Notes: generated by a model from the sequence alone, not told the origin. A stretch of 64,000 bases of DNA from Eledone cirrhosa (GCA_964016885.1 OZ024741.1:276396001-276460000), one strand, 5' to 3'; positions 24,793 through 37,763 are shown, counted from the first letter of the stretch. Made by a program: numbers and translations.

Positions 24793-26878
24793 ATCATCAT
24801 CATCATCATCATCATCATCAGCGTTTAACGTCCGTGTTCCACGCTTGCATGGGTTTGGACGGGGGTAGTCCCACTTGAGGCAAGAGTGATTGTCTTGCTC
24901 GCATAGGACTGTCTGGCAGGTTTTCTACAGTTGGATGCCCTTCCTAACACCAACCACATTTACAGTGTGGGTCTGGGAGGTTTTTACCGTGTTGCCTACA
25001 CGGCCACATTACAGCGTGGACTGTGTGTTTTTTTGTCGTGACACCTACACGATCTCATTTGTTTCGGCCTCGATGGCGCGGCACCAACATAACTTTACAT
25101 AGAACGGGGTGGTGTGGATCGGGTGGGGGTGGTGGGACGGGGTGTATTTGTTAGAGATGCCTACTGGCTGGAGTAGGTTTTACTATATATTTAGGTAAGG
25201 CGGGTCTTCTCTGTTACTGAGTACCGCCAAAGGTCTCGGTCCAGTGACATTGTCTTGGAGAGGTGTAAGTGTGTGATGTCGGAGTTTATCAGCTCGTCCC
25301 AGGTTTTTCTAGGTCTGCCTATTCCGTGACTACCGTCTATCTTTATTGCCCTGCACTTTGTTATACAGCTATCGACTTTCATGCGCATCACGTGTCCATA
25401 CCAACGTAGCCTTCTCTCGAGTAAACAACATCTGATCCCTCTTATCTCTAATTTATTCCTTAGTTCGTTTATGCTTTGCCGTTCACGTATATTACTGTTA
25501 CACATCCAGCGGAGCATGCAAGCTTCGTTCCTCTCTAGTCTGCGTATATCCTCTGCACACAATGCCCAGGTCTCACTGCCATGCAGCATTGCTGTTCGTA
25601 TGCAGGCATCGTACAACCTGCCTTTCATTTTTAGTGAGAACCCTTTAGCAGCTAATAGTGGTATAAGCTCTCTGAACTTTTTCCAACCAGTTCTGACTCT
25701 AGCTACAGTACTTTCAGAGCACCCTCCCCCACTGCTGATTTTATCGCCCAGGTAACGGAAGCTGTCCACTATTTCTATAGAACCCTCTGCGCAATTGAAA
25801 GAGCTAGTAGTTTGTGGGCACTTGCTGCTACTTATTGCACCAGAGCACCGGCCACATGTAAAATCTATGTTCTTAGTTAGCCTACCTGTGATCCCACTAC
25901 ATCTTTTATGCACCCATACTTTGCATTTAGGACATAAAATGGAGTTTCTACCTACGCCTTTCCTACACACCGAGCACGACCATTTCCCAGAAGGGACCGC
26001 CGCCTTGTTTTCTTTCCTACAAACTAGTACTTTGGTCTTAGCCAGGTTAATTTTAAGTCCTTTTGACTCTAGGCCGTGCTTCCATGTTTGGAATTTCTTC
26101 TCTAGCTCGGCCATTGATTCCGCTATGAGTGTCAGGTCGTCTGCGTATAGGAGTTCCCATGGGCAGCCTGTCTTGAACTCCTCTGTTATGGCCTGAAGGG
26201 CAATAATAAATAGTAGTGGACTGAGAACAGAGCCCTGATGGACGCCGACTTTTACGCTAAACTCTTCACTATATTCGTTGTTAATTCTAACCTTGCTGAC
26301 TGTTTCTTTATACATGGCTTGTATAGCCCTCACAAGCCATTCGTCAACGCCTAGTTTTCTAAGAGCCCACCAGATAATGGAGCGGGGGACTCTGTCGAAG
26401 GCTTTCTCCAAGTCGACAAAAGCTAAGTAGAGGGGTTTACCTTTAGCTAGGTACTTCTCTTGTAGTTGTCGTACTATGAAAAGAGCGTCTGTGGTACTTT
26501 TGCCTGACACAAACCCGAACTGCATTTCATCTAGGTCAATTCTCTCTCTGATTAGCTGCGCTATTACTCTTTCCGTGACCTTCATGACCTGGTCGATTAA
26601 TTTAATGCCTCTATAGTTACTCCTATCTAGGGCGTCTCCTTTACCCTTATAACAGTTAACGATGATGCTGCTATGCCAGTCCTTCGGAACAACCCCGTTT
26701 TGTACGACTTGGTTAACTATGCGGGTGACCATGGTGTGTCCCACCGTGCCAGATGCCTTCAGCATCTCAGCAACTATTTCCGAAGGCCCAGCCGCCTTAC
26801 CAGTCTTCATATCCTTGATTGCCTTACTTATTATACTCCCCTCGACTAACACTGCTGGTCCCTCTATTGGGTCGATAT
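24793..26878 (-). mobile_element. 5'-truncated young RTE LINE with intact RT ORF (553 aa)
   Basis: Uninterrupted RT ORF 25191-26852, 3' UTR and (GAT)n tail. Only about 3 aa differences from the 41669-44550 copy by my reading. Confidence 0.96.
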
Positions 26879-27427
26879 GATATATATATAGCGTGGAAGA
26901 TAGATGTTAAACGATGATGATGATAATGATGATATATTTATATATATAAATACATTTTTTTTAAAAAAGATTTTAACTTCAATTTGTTATTCTTTTCTTT
27001 TTCATTACTTTTTTTACAATTTACTGCAAATATTTAATATAAATTACAATTATTTCAGTTTTACAATACAAGAGCTACAAGGTGGTGGTGTCAGTGTTAT
27101 TGTTGGTGATGGTCATGGTAGTAGTGGCATCAGCAGCAGTGACACTCATTGCAAAGACATGCTGTTGTTGTTGATGGTGGGAGGATATGAGGAGAGTGAA
27201 GAGGTGAGAAAGGGTGAGGAGGAGAAAGGAGGAGAGATAGCTAGGAAGAGAGAGAGTGAGAGAGATGTAGAGATGAGTAGACAGAGGGAAGTACAGGAGG
27301 AGAAAGCGAGAAGAATGAGAGGAGGAGAGAGTGGAAACAAGAGGTAAAAGAAAGAGAGAGAGAAGTGTGGGAGGAGAGAGGGGGATGGAGAAGAGAGGAT
27401 GAGAGTGGAAAGAAGAGGTAGGAGGGA

Positions 27428-27670
27428 GAGACAGAGGAAGACAACAAAAAACCAGAGAGAGACAGGAAGACAACAAAAAACCAGAGAGAGACAGGAAGAC
27501 AACAAAAAACCAGAGAGAGACAGGAAGACAACAAAAAACCAGAGAGAGACAGGAAGACAACAAAAAACCCAGAGAGAGACAGGAAGACAACAAAAAACCA
27601 GAGAGAGACAGGAAGACAACAAAAAACCCAGAGAGAGACAGGAAGACAACAAAAAACCCAGAGAGAGAGA
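27428..27670. repeat. About 29-30-bp minisatellite (CCAGAGAGAGACAGGAAGACAACAAAAAA)
   Basis: About 8 copies, immediately downstream of the exon 5 donor. Confidence 0.9.
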
Positions 27671-27680
27671 TGTTTCTTAC

Positions 27681-27819
27681 TTTGACTTCTGAATCATTTG
27701 CAAAAGCCATGAGTACAGGACATATTTTCTGCATGGAAGCTGCAAGTGTTTCTTGTATGGCTTCTTCTTCACGCTTACAAACCCGTGCTATACAAGGCAG
27801 CAAGTTAACAATATACGGT
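27681..27819 (-). CDS. HTT: Huntingtin coding exon 5 (human exon 6 equivalent)
   Basis: 139 nt. [46 protein letters not shown], donor gtaaga. Confidence 0.96.
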
Positions 27820-28786
27820 CTGTAAAAGAAGGAAGGAAGGAATGGTAAAAAGATGGATAACAAGTTTTAGTGGTAGTTTTACACAATTGTAGAAAAGATG
27901 TGTAACATCATTTGTATGTACTACTACCTAGAGATTTGAACTCAGAGAGAAGACAGCCAGAAGGAATACTGCAAAGTATTCTATCTGATGTTCTAACAAC
28001 TCTGCCAATTCACTGCCTTGTCACATTTACACAAGGTTAAAAATATTTCAAGTTTCTCACAGATGTTGTTGTGTGGTAGAGAAGTTTAAACCAGCCGTAT
28101 CCTGTCAGAATTTTTTCACCCCCTTCTGTTCAAACTGGCTGTAACCGGCAACCCACACTAATGTTAAGGTATTGTTCTCAAAATAAATAATATCAAAATC
28201 TCATAGATTCAATATATGCGAGATAATTATATAAGGTAAAGCCCTTACCATGACAATACAATAGTAAATATAGAGTAATGTAAATGGTATGTAAGATATT
28301 ATGTGTGGTAAAGTCTTTACCATGAAAATATAATAGTAAATATAGAGTAATGTAAATGCTAAAGAAGTTTATTTTGTTACCATGTAGTCCTGGGTTAAAT
28401 TCCCTATGTGGAAGGTTTCACAAGTGTTTTGGACTATAGCAGTAATTCAACTAAAGACTTGAGAGTGAAATTTGATATTTGATGGGTGGAAATTGTGTGG
28501 AAGTCTTCAAATGTGAATGTATGTGTGGCTGTGTGGGTGTGCATATCTGTGCGTGCGTATCTGTGTGGATGTACGTGTCTGTACGTGTGTGAGTGCATGC
28601 ATGTCTGTATGCATGCACGTGTGTGTATGTGTGTGTGCGTGCGTGCATGTGTGGTTATGAGTGTGTGTGTGTGTGTGTGTGTGAGTGGTTGTGAGTGAGA
28701 GTGGTTGTGAGTGAGAGAGTGAGAGAGAGGGTGTGTATGTGCATATAAGTGTGTGTGCGTGTGTGTGTATGCGCGCGCGCGTGCGC

Positions 28787-28833
<47 letters not shown>

Positions 28834-28876
28834 TGTGTGTGAGTGAATGTGAGCATGTATGAGTGAGTGAGACTGT

Positions 28877-28907
<31 letters not shown>

Positions 28908-29131
28908 GAACTGATCTATGATCAAAGACAATCTAGCCATCAGAATACCATCTTTCTTCAGTACATATATCTCGGGCTACATTATGCAATGCGTAGTTCC
29001 ATTATTAAAGATGGTAATGTGGGAGTTGTGGCAGATTTGGCTGTTATTTCTAGCTGGTTGTTCAACCGCATAAGGACTCCCTCAACTGTGGTTCACTGCT
29101 ACATCATACATTGTATATACATTCACTAGAG

Positions 29132-29443
29132 CAGTGGTCGCCAACCTTTCAGACCACACAGACCACTAAATTCATAATGTTAAATATCTGCGGACCACCA
29201 ATAAGAATTTTTTTAAAAAGATAAATACTTTGTAAAATAAGGATCAGAGAACTTCCATTTTATTAATATTAAATGCACCTATTAAAACATTTTTAGGCAG
29301 TTATAAAATATATTTTAACCGAATATTATTTATGTTTTATTAATAAAACATAAAAATAGCAAATAATGTCCAAATTTTAATGCAAACCACCAAAATTTTC
29401 TCGGACCACCAGTGGTCCACAAACCACCAGTTGGTGACTGCTG
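29132..29443. mobile_element. hAT/Charlie-like MITE
   Basis: CAGTGGTCGCCAACC ... GTTGGTGACTGCTG termini with an 8-bp TSD CACTAGAG / CATTAGAG. Confidence 0.85.
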
Positions 29444-29468
29444 CATTAGAGCATGTAAATTCACATAC

Positions 29469-29608
29469 CTGCATTTCTGTGGACGTATTAAATGGCACAT
29501 GTCACCAAATCTCCATAGTGCCCCTCTAAGACTTCGAGAGGGACCATTTTTCTTGATCTCCTTGTAAAGTTCCACCTGCAAGCGGCCCAAGTTTGTTTCT
29601 AACAGAGT
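29469..29608 (-). CDS. HTT: Huntingtin coding exon 4 (equivalent to human exons 4+5)
   Basis: 140 nt. [46 protein letters not shown](R), near-identical to the human HEAT region. Confidence 0.97.
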
Positions 29609-30040
29609 CTGGCAAGAAATACACAGAAATAATAGACAATAACTTTTGTGCTTGTTTACACATTTTATACATCATTATCATCATCATTTAACATCCATTT
29701 TCCACGCTGGCATGGGCGAGACGGGTTGTCCCGTTGTGAGGCAAGCCAGATCTGATAACCATGACTTGCTCATACAGGACTGATTTTGGCTTGGTTACTA
29801 TGGCTGGATATATATATATATTGGTGTCATGACAAAAAGCACCTAGCCCACACTGCAAAGCACCCAACACATACTGTAAATGTGGTTGGCATTAGTAAGG
29901 GCATCCAGCCGTAGAAATCTAGCCAGAAACAGTTCTGTATGAGCAAGACGCAGTCACCTACACAACTTGCCTCTAATGAGACAACCTGTCTAACCCATGC
30001 TAGAATGGAAAATGGACATTAAACAATTATGAAGATGGTT

Positions 30041-30086
<46 letters not shown>

Positions 30087-30661
30087 TAGTGTAAACAAAG
30101 TTTCATACACTGAACATGTGCTACCAATGGTTTCGCAGTTCAGTCATGGTTACCACTGTATAATGGAAGAGGTACTTTTAAACTGGCCATACATTCAGGC
30201 ACGTGGACGAATGAAGGACCTGTTTAAAAGTGTCTTCTCCATTATACAGTGGTGGCTAGAATTGGACTCCGAAACCATTTGTAGCACATACATGTTAAGT
30301 GTATGAAACTTTGTCTCCATTCCAACAGATCGAGCACAGTTTTCCTTGATCTTTCATCTATGGACTTCTACCAACGAATATGTATAAATATCATCCTCAT
30401 CATTTAACGTCTATCTTCCACACTAGCATGAGTTACCTGGCTTTGTCCCACTTGAGGCAAGTTGGGTCGGCTGACCGTGTCTCGCTTGTATAGGACTGTC
30501 TCTAGCTGGTTTTCTACGGCTGGATGCCCTTCATCATCATTATCATTGTTTAACATCCATTTTCCACGCTAGCATCTGTATGTGGTTGACGATTGAGAGA
30601 AAGGAGTACTCAATACCGAAGTAGAGTTTTAACATTCATTTTATTAAGGCTAAATAGTGAG

Positions 30662-30711
30662 TCTTGTTACTCTGGAGTTTCACCTGTTTATCACAGGGTC
30701 ATCAGATAAGA
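30662..30711 (-). ncRNA. Type I minimal hammerhead-ribozyme-like motif (Penelope pLTR/retrozyme-like), possibly degenerate
   Basis: Minus strand TCTTAT-CTGATGA-C-CCTGT-GATAA-ACAGG-T-GAAA-CTC-CA-GAG-TA|ACAAGA has the full core and all three stems. AATAAA follows about 15 nt downstream. Confidence 0.7.
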
Positions 30712-30940
30712 ACCTACCCTGAAAATAAGCCCTTGTGCCTTTTTTTTTTGAGAGAGAGAGAGAAAAATAATATCAGACCTGTCCTTATAATAGGGGAAAC
30801 ACAGAGCTAAGCTGAAAATAAACAACAACAACCACCACATGCCCATGAAGATCTCAACATATAGGACTACCTTCTCTTAAACAAATGATTGTTTTTTTGT
30901 TTGTTTTTTTTATACAGAAAACAAACAAAATAATGTCTAC

Positions 30941-31061
30941 CTTAATGGTCTTATTGAGGCATTCATCAGCAACCATACGAATATCAGCTTCAGGGTCATC
31001 ACAGAGCATTAGAAAGGTTTCCATAGCTATTCCAAGGAACTTTGGAAAATCTGCTATAGAT
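30941..31061 (-). CDS. HTT: Huntingtin coding exon 3
   Basis: 121 nt, AG/GT bounded. [40 protein letters not shown] versus human [40 protein letters not shown]. Confidence 0.97.
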
Positions 31062-32151
31062 CTGAAAGAAAAAAAAAACAGAAAAGAAATTAGACAGACT
31101 TAATGACTAATGTATCAGGGCAAGGGACAACAACAGATTAGAAAAATGTTTGACTGTAATGAAAAGGTTTTCCTCTCAGCATTGGTCCAGTTATTACTAT
31201 CTCATTGGAGCCTCTACATCATTACTCGACCTACAAGAAATAGTACCTAAATCTCAAAAGTATACCCTGCTATCTCTAACAGGCTGGATACCTTGCACAA
31301 TATAGTATTAGACTTTTTTTAATACAGGATGGCCAGAACGTTCAACATAACAGGTAGCCAACGTACATGTTGTAACCATTATCTGTCACCTCTAGGGCAA
31401 TGGATTGGCAGTAATTGGTAGAACATCAGACATGCTTTGTGGCATAGTTACGTCCTTTTACATTCTAAGTTCAAATTATGGCAAGGTTAGCTTTGACTTT
31501 TATCCTTATGGGGTAAAATAAAGTTCCAGTAACGCACCAGGGTCAATTTAATCAACTTTTCCCTGCACCACCAAATTGCTGGCCTTGTTCCTAAATCAGA
31601 AACCATTATCTTTTCCCTCTACTGCTGCTACAACAGTTTCTGTTCATCCAAACTGAGTACCATCTCAGCCCAAACTCAGTCCCCAATGCCCAGAGCTCTC
31701 CTCTTCCCATTCATTTTCCCAACACTGACTCCAAAAAACTAGAACACCTCTCTTGTTCATGTTTTTGCCTGTAAATATAAAATGATAAAATTTTAAAGGG
31801 AAAAGAATTGAGCCAGTGCAAAAGTTCAAACAAAAGAAGGGGGTCACTTGAACTGCTTGAAATAGTAACTGGTTTTAATCAGATGCTCTACCAGTTCTGC
31901 CAGACAACACATAACTGTCCAGTGTATCAGCTACTAGTTGATAATACATAGGAGAGTTTTCACACACACACTTCGTCCTAGAATCACTTTACTATATAGT
32001 TGTTAAACAACTGTTTCATAGCTTTCTCTCCAATCATTGACTTAATTATAAAATCTAAACATTTTTAAAACAGCTGATAATTAGGCCAGCCACAATGGCA
32101 CTGGTAATGACAAAACAAACGAAGAATTCCATCTTTATGTAATCCAAGCGT

Positions 32152-32225
<74 letters not shown>

Positions 32226-32681
32226 GTGAGTGAGTGAGTGAGCGAGCGTGCATTTGACTGGTATGTATTTCATTAAGTTTTCACCCACCCAGAGGAATAA
32301 AGGACCAACTCCAGCCCAGTGAGATTTGTGTTCGGGATGAAGAGTGGCACTAATTAGTTTTATACACTTCAACTGATGTTCTACCATTTCACCCCTTCAT
32401 CCAAAACAACAAGCCTACAAATGAGCCTTTAAACAATCATACAACCATGCTAGAAATATTAACCAAATCTCCTTCAAATCACACCCTAATGATTTTTACA
32501 AAAATGGGATGACATTAAACCCTAAGGCTATGCACCAACAACAAGCTTAACAATATACTAACCACATTTTGTGCACAATACAATCTTCCATCGCATTACA
32601 ATAAACTTAACAATATATCATCATTTAGCATCCATTTTTCCATGTTTGCATGGGTTAGACAGGATAAAAAAAAAAGGAAAT

Positions 32682-32788
32682 GGTTACAGCACCTAGGTTT
32701 CCCAAGCAGTCACCCAGCCAAGTACTAGCTAGGCTCAAAGTTGCTTAACTTCGGTGATCGGATGAGAACCAGTGTTTTCAGCATGATA
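32682..32788 (-). pseudogene. 5S rRNA pseudogene (5'-truncated) with downstream T-run
   Basis: Minus strand ...TCTCATCCGATCACCGAAGTTAAGCA...GCTAGTACTTGGCTGGGTGACTGCTTGGGAAACCTAGGTGCTGTAACC followed by T10. Matches metazoan 5S with substitutions; the first ~11 nt are missing. Confidence 0.85.
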
Positions 32789-32790
32789 CA

Positions 32791-32950
32791 CATATTTGGT
32801 GCACAGATACAATCCACCATCACATTACAACAAACTTAATGTACTAACCGCATATTTGGTGCACAGATACAATCCACCATCACATTACAACAAACTTAAT
32901 GTACTAACCGCATATTTGGTGCACAGATACAATCCGCCATCACATTACAA
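32791..32950. repeat. 60-bp tandem duplication of the exon 2 3' end plus donor
   Basis: CATATTTGGTGCACAGATACAATCC(A/G)CCATCACATTACAA at 32791, 32851 and 32911. A diverged copy lies at about 32555-32610. Confidence 0.92.
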
Positions 32951-32992
32951 TTGATCATTTTATCTTTTTTACTTGGAAGGGGCTCCTTTTTC
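32909..32992 (-). CDS. HTT: Huntingtin coding exon 2
   Basis: 84 nt, ttttcag|G...CG|gttagt. Encodes KKEPLPSKKDKMINCNVMADCICAPNM(R), similar to human [28 protein letters not shown]. Confidence 0.93.
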
Positions 32993-33279
32993 CTGAAAAA
33001 TAAATTAAAAAAACAAATGTTTATTATAATACTTATAAGAAATATTGAATTATATTGGTTTCCACCTGTTTACGGTGGAGCCGATAACTTTATTAGAACT
33101 ATGGTTTCAGCAAGATTAAGCAGTGAGTACTATAGTTTTTGAGGTTTACTTGAAGAATCTGCTCAAGTTACAGAATCATTTTTATGTATGTGCATGTTCA
33201 ACAATGAAAATAAAACAAAAGTCAGAGATAGGTGGTTAATTAGTTTTACAATCAGTAGATAGTATCAGTAAGTGGAAAG

Positions 33280-33510
33280 ATTAATGGAAAACATTGTTTC
33301 CTTAATCTGATCTGGCAAGTAACATTGGTAGATAGAGACCAATGGAAACATTGTTTCCTTGATCCAATCTGACAAGTCCCATTGATAGATAGCAATTGGA
33401 AAGACCAATGGAAACATTGTTACCTTGGCCTGATCTGACAAGTACTACTGGTAGATAGTAATTGGAAAGACCAATGGAAACATTGTTTCCTTGGTCCAAT
33501 CTGATGAGTT
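33280..33510. repeat. About 60-66-bp degenerate tandem repeat
   Basis: GACCAATGGAAACATTGTTTCCTTG motif, 4 copies. Confidence 0.8.
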
Positions 33511-33628
33511 TCGCCTCAATCGGTAAGCAAATGGAGGTCTGAAATCATGTCAATTCATAAAAAAAAATATGGATATATATATATCATCATTTAATGTATA
33601 TTTCCAATGCTAGCATGGGTTAGACAGT

Positions 33629-33667
<39 letters not shown>

Positions 33668-33968
33668 ATAAGATACTGGAATTTCTCCATGGCGATTCAC
33701 TGCAAGCGCTCAACTTGGGAAGGAGCAAAATAATTGGTGTGGGATGCTTAAAAGCAGCCTACCATATACGGACGCTTTAAACATCCCACACCAATTATAT
33801 ATATCATCATCGTTTAAAAGTCTATCTTCTATGCTAGCATGGGTTTTGACAGGAATTGACCCACTTGAGGCAAGATTGGTCGGGTGACCGTGTCTCGCTC
33901 GTATAGGACTGGCAGGTTTTCTACGGCTGGATGCCCTCCCTAACAACAACCACATTTACAGTGTGGAC

Positions 33969-34005
<37 letters not shown>

Positions 34006-35520
34006 GCTATGCAACCATGTGGTTTGGTTGTCCAACGTGTGTTTTGGCCAGTATTATTGTTGTAATTTATAGTTTTACTTAAATTCATCAACAGTTCCGT
34101 TGAGCTTCTGCTTTTGATGCAGTATTTTGGATTGTAGTGTGAATTTCAACCTCTTAAAAATATTAGCCATTTTATAGTCGACCTCATACATTTAACCTCA
34201 ACTAACAGTCTAAATAATTCGACCTTTACATGAATATATACGTTACTTAAAGATGTCTGATTAGCAATTAGAAGTGTTTTCTGCAATCTTCTTTATTACC
34301 ACCATCTGTTTTCTGTTTTTTCTTCTCTCTCGCTCTCTACCAAATAACCTTCCTTCTATCTGTCTTTCTGTATTTATCTTCTAATGAAAGGCTAACATCT
34401 CAAATGTTAAAACTCTTTATACTAATATACCATTATTGTATTGTGGTCTTTTCTGGTACTATTTTTTTACTTTCATGTATGTGTGTGTATGTATATATAT
34501 ATATATATATTCATTAGTTAAGCAAAACAAGACCACAAATTTCACAAGGAAGACATTATTAAAAGATTGTCAACATATTTTAGTTTGATGTAAGGAATGT
34601 AGAGAATAATAATAATAATAATAATAATGTCCGTTTACAATTGTTTCGCTACTCCATATATTTCTGGATCAAATGATTATATATCATTATTGATCTGGTT
34701 CAGTTGAAAATAATTAACATAGGTAAAAATAGAGCAGCTCATCGGAACTTCAAAGGAATATAAATTAAAATAAGGAAAGAATGTTACATAAATGTAATGT
34801 TCCATATATTGGTATTTCACTATGGTGTCCTGGGTATTATATGGTGTCCAGCATTTTATAATAAAGGCTCTTTCTGAATCTGGTTATGAACAGTCCATTT
34901 ACTACATACCTAAATGCCATAACACAGCAATTCACCACAACCATAATAAACTTAACTCTAGAACTAGAAATACCTTAGCATATAGCCAGATTCGCCGGAA
35001 TTTTAGCAGTAACAGCACTTATATAGATAGATAGATAGATTTACATACATATACAAACACAGACACACACACATATATACACACGTGTGTGTGTGTTTGT
35101 GTATGAGTATTTTGTGTATATAGGGGTATACAGTATATGTAAGAATAAACACCCATGTACATAGGTGTCAAACTATGTGTTTTTGCCTATATTGAGTTCC
35201 AGCAGAGAGCAAGGTAAGAGAGCACTGTCTTGATAACAACAAGATTCAGAAACAATGTTGTCCACAGTTACCCAACCTTTGATTCTGCTGCAATCCACTA
35301 GGTGACGCTACATCATCAGTTTCCAAATTCATAGCTGAAGGCTTTCAAAATGTTTATTTGTAAACATACTGTATATCATTAGATATACAAAATACTCCTA
35401 CTTGTATGTATACAGCTATGTTAGAGTGAACACCTTAATATATATATATCCAAAACCATAGGGGGAGTTCGTGAACAAACAGACGGGAACTACAACTTTA
35501 TGTGTGTATATATATATATA

Positions 35521-37725
35521 TGTTCAGGATTGGTAGGCAATGTGTCAAGGAAAACCGTGATATTGTCGGGGAGAAGTGTGTCCCTAATGATGATGGTGTA
35601 CTTGCCATCACTGACGCTGATAAGAAGGTAGCTTGGAAGTGTCACTACGAAAGGCTACTAAATGAGGAGAATAAATGGAAGAAAGAGTCTCCCCCACATC
35701 GATCCAATAGAGGAATCAGCAGTGCAAGTTGAAGGTAGTATAATAAGTAAGGCATCAAAGATATGAAGACGGGCAAGGTGGCTGGGCCTTCCGAAATAGT
35801 TGCTGAAATGCTGAAAGCATCTGGAACGGTGGGACACACTATGGTCACCCGGATAGTAAACCAAGTCATACAGAATGGGGTTGTTCCAAAGGAGTGGCGT
35901 AGCCACATTATCATTAACTGCTACAAGGGTAAAGTAGATTCCCTAGATATGGGAAACTATAGAGGCATTAAATTAATTGACCAGGTCATGAAGGTCACAG
36001 AAAAAGTAATAGCGCAACTAATCAGAAAGCGAATTGATATAGATAAAATGCAGTTCGGGTTTGTGTGAGATGCTCTTTTCATTGTACGACAACTACAGGA
36101 GAAGTACCTAGCTAAAAGTAAACCCCTATACTTAGCTTTCGTTGACTTGGAGAAAGCCTTTGACAGAGGCCCACGCCCCATTATCTGGTGGGCTCTCAAA
36201 AAACTAGGTGTTGATGAATGGCTTGTGAGAGCTATACAAACCATGTATAAAGAAACAGTCAGCAAGGTTAGAATTAACAACGAATATAGTGAAGAGTTTA
36301 GCGTAAAATTGGTGTTCATCAGGGCTCCGTCCTTATCCCCCTCCTATTTATTACCGCCCTCCAGGCTATAACAGAGGAGTTCAAGACCGGCTGCCCATCG
36401 GAACTTCTATACGCAGATGATCTAACTCTCATAGCTGAATCAATGGCTGAACTAGAGAAGAAATTCCAAAATGGAAGCATGGCCTATAATCAAAAGGCCT
36501 TAAAATTAACTTGTCTAAGACTAAAGTTCTAATATGTAGGAAGGAAAATAGGGCACTGGTCCCATCTGGGAAATGGCCATGCTCAGTGTGTAGGAAAGGA
36601 GTAGGCAGAAACTCCATTTTATGTCCCAAATGCAAAGTATGGGTGCATAAAAGATGTAGTGGGATCACAGGTAAGCTAACTAGGAATATAGATTTTATAT
36701 GTGGCCGGTCCTCAGGTGCAATAAGTAGCAGCAAATGCCCACAGAATACTAGCTCATTCCATTGCCCAGATGGTTCTATAGAAATAGTGGACACCTTCCG
36801 TTACCTGGATGACAAAATCAGCAGTGGTGGAGGGTGCTCCGAAAGTACTGTAGCTAGAGTCAGAACGGGATGAAAAAGTTCAGAGAGCTTATACCATTAT
36901 TGGCCGCTAAAGGTTTCTCTCTAAAAATGAAAGGCAGGCTGTATGATGCCTGCATACGAACAGCGATGTTACATGACAGTGAGACATGGGCCTTGTGTGC
37001 AGAGGATCTGCGCAAACTGGAGAGGAACGAAGCTTGCATGCTCCGTTGGATGCGTAATAGTAATATACACGCATGGCAAAGCATAAATGAACTAAGTGAG
37101 AAATTAGGAATAAGAGGGATCAGATGCTGTTTACTCGAGAGAAGACTATGTTGGTATGGTCATGTGATGCGCATGAAAGACGACAGCTGTAAAAAAAAGT
37201 GCAGGGTGATCAAAATAGACAGTTACGGAGTAGGCAGACCCAGAAATACCTGGGACGACTTGATAAATTCTGACCTCGCACACTTACACCTCTCCAAGAC
37301 AATGTCACTGGACCGAGATCTTTGGCGCTATGCAGTAATACAGAAGACCCGCCTTGCCTAAGTACAAAGCGAAACCTACAGTCAGTAGGCACCTCTTAAC
37401 CAAAATACACCCCCGTCCTACCGCCATCCACACCACCCCTTTCGATGTAAAGCTATGTTGGTACCACAACATCCAGTCCTAAATAAATGAGGTCGTGTAG
37501 GTGTCATGACAAAAAAAAAACCACAGTCCACGCTGTAATGTGGCCATGTAGGTAACACGGTAAAAACCTTCCAGTCCACACTGTAAACGTGGTTGGTGTT
37601 AGGAAGGGCATTCAGCCATAGAAAACCCGCCAGACAGTCCTGAGCAAGACAACCAATCTTGCCTCAAGTGGGACAATTCCCGTCCAGACCCATGCTAGCG
37701 TGGAATATGGACGTTAAATGATGAT
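35521..37725 (+). mobile_element. Older degenerate RTE LINE copy
   Basis: Same family as 41669-44550 with frameshifts and stops. Starts at (TA)n and ends in a GAT tail. Confidence 0.93.
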
Positions 37726-37763
37726 ATACATATATATACACATATACATATATACATACATAT

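Noticed and set aside
26904-27692. 147-262-aa ORFs around exon 5
   Set aside because: Apart from the 139-nt exon, they derive from GA-rich low-complexity sequence and a ~30-bp minisatellite.
32682-32788. Functional 5S rRNA gene
   Set aside because: The 5' end is missing, there are multiple substitutions, and it is not in a tandem array, so it is called a pseudogene.
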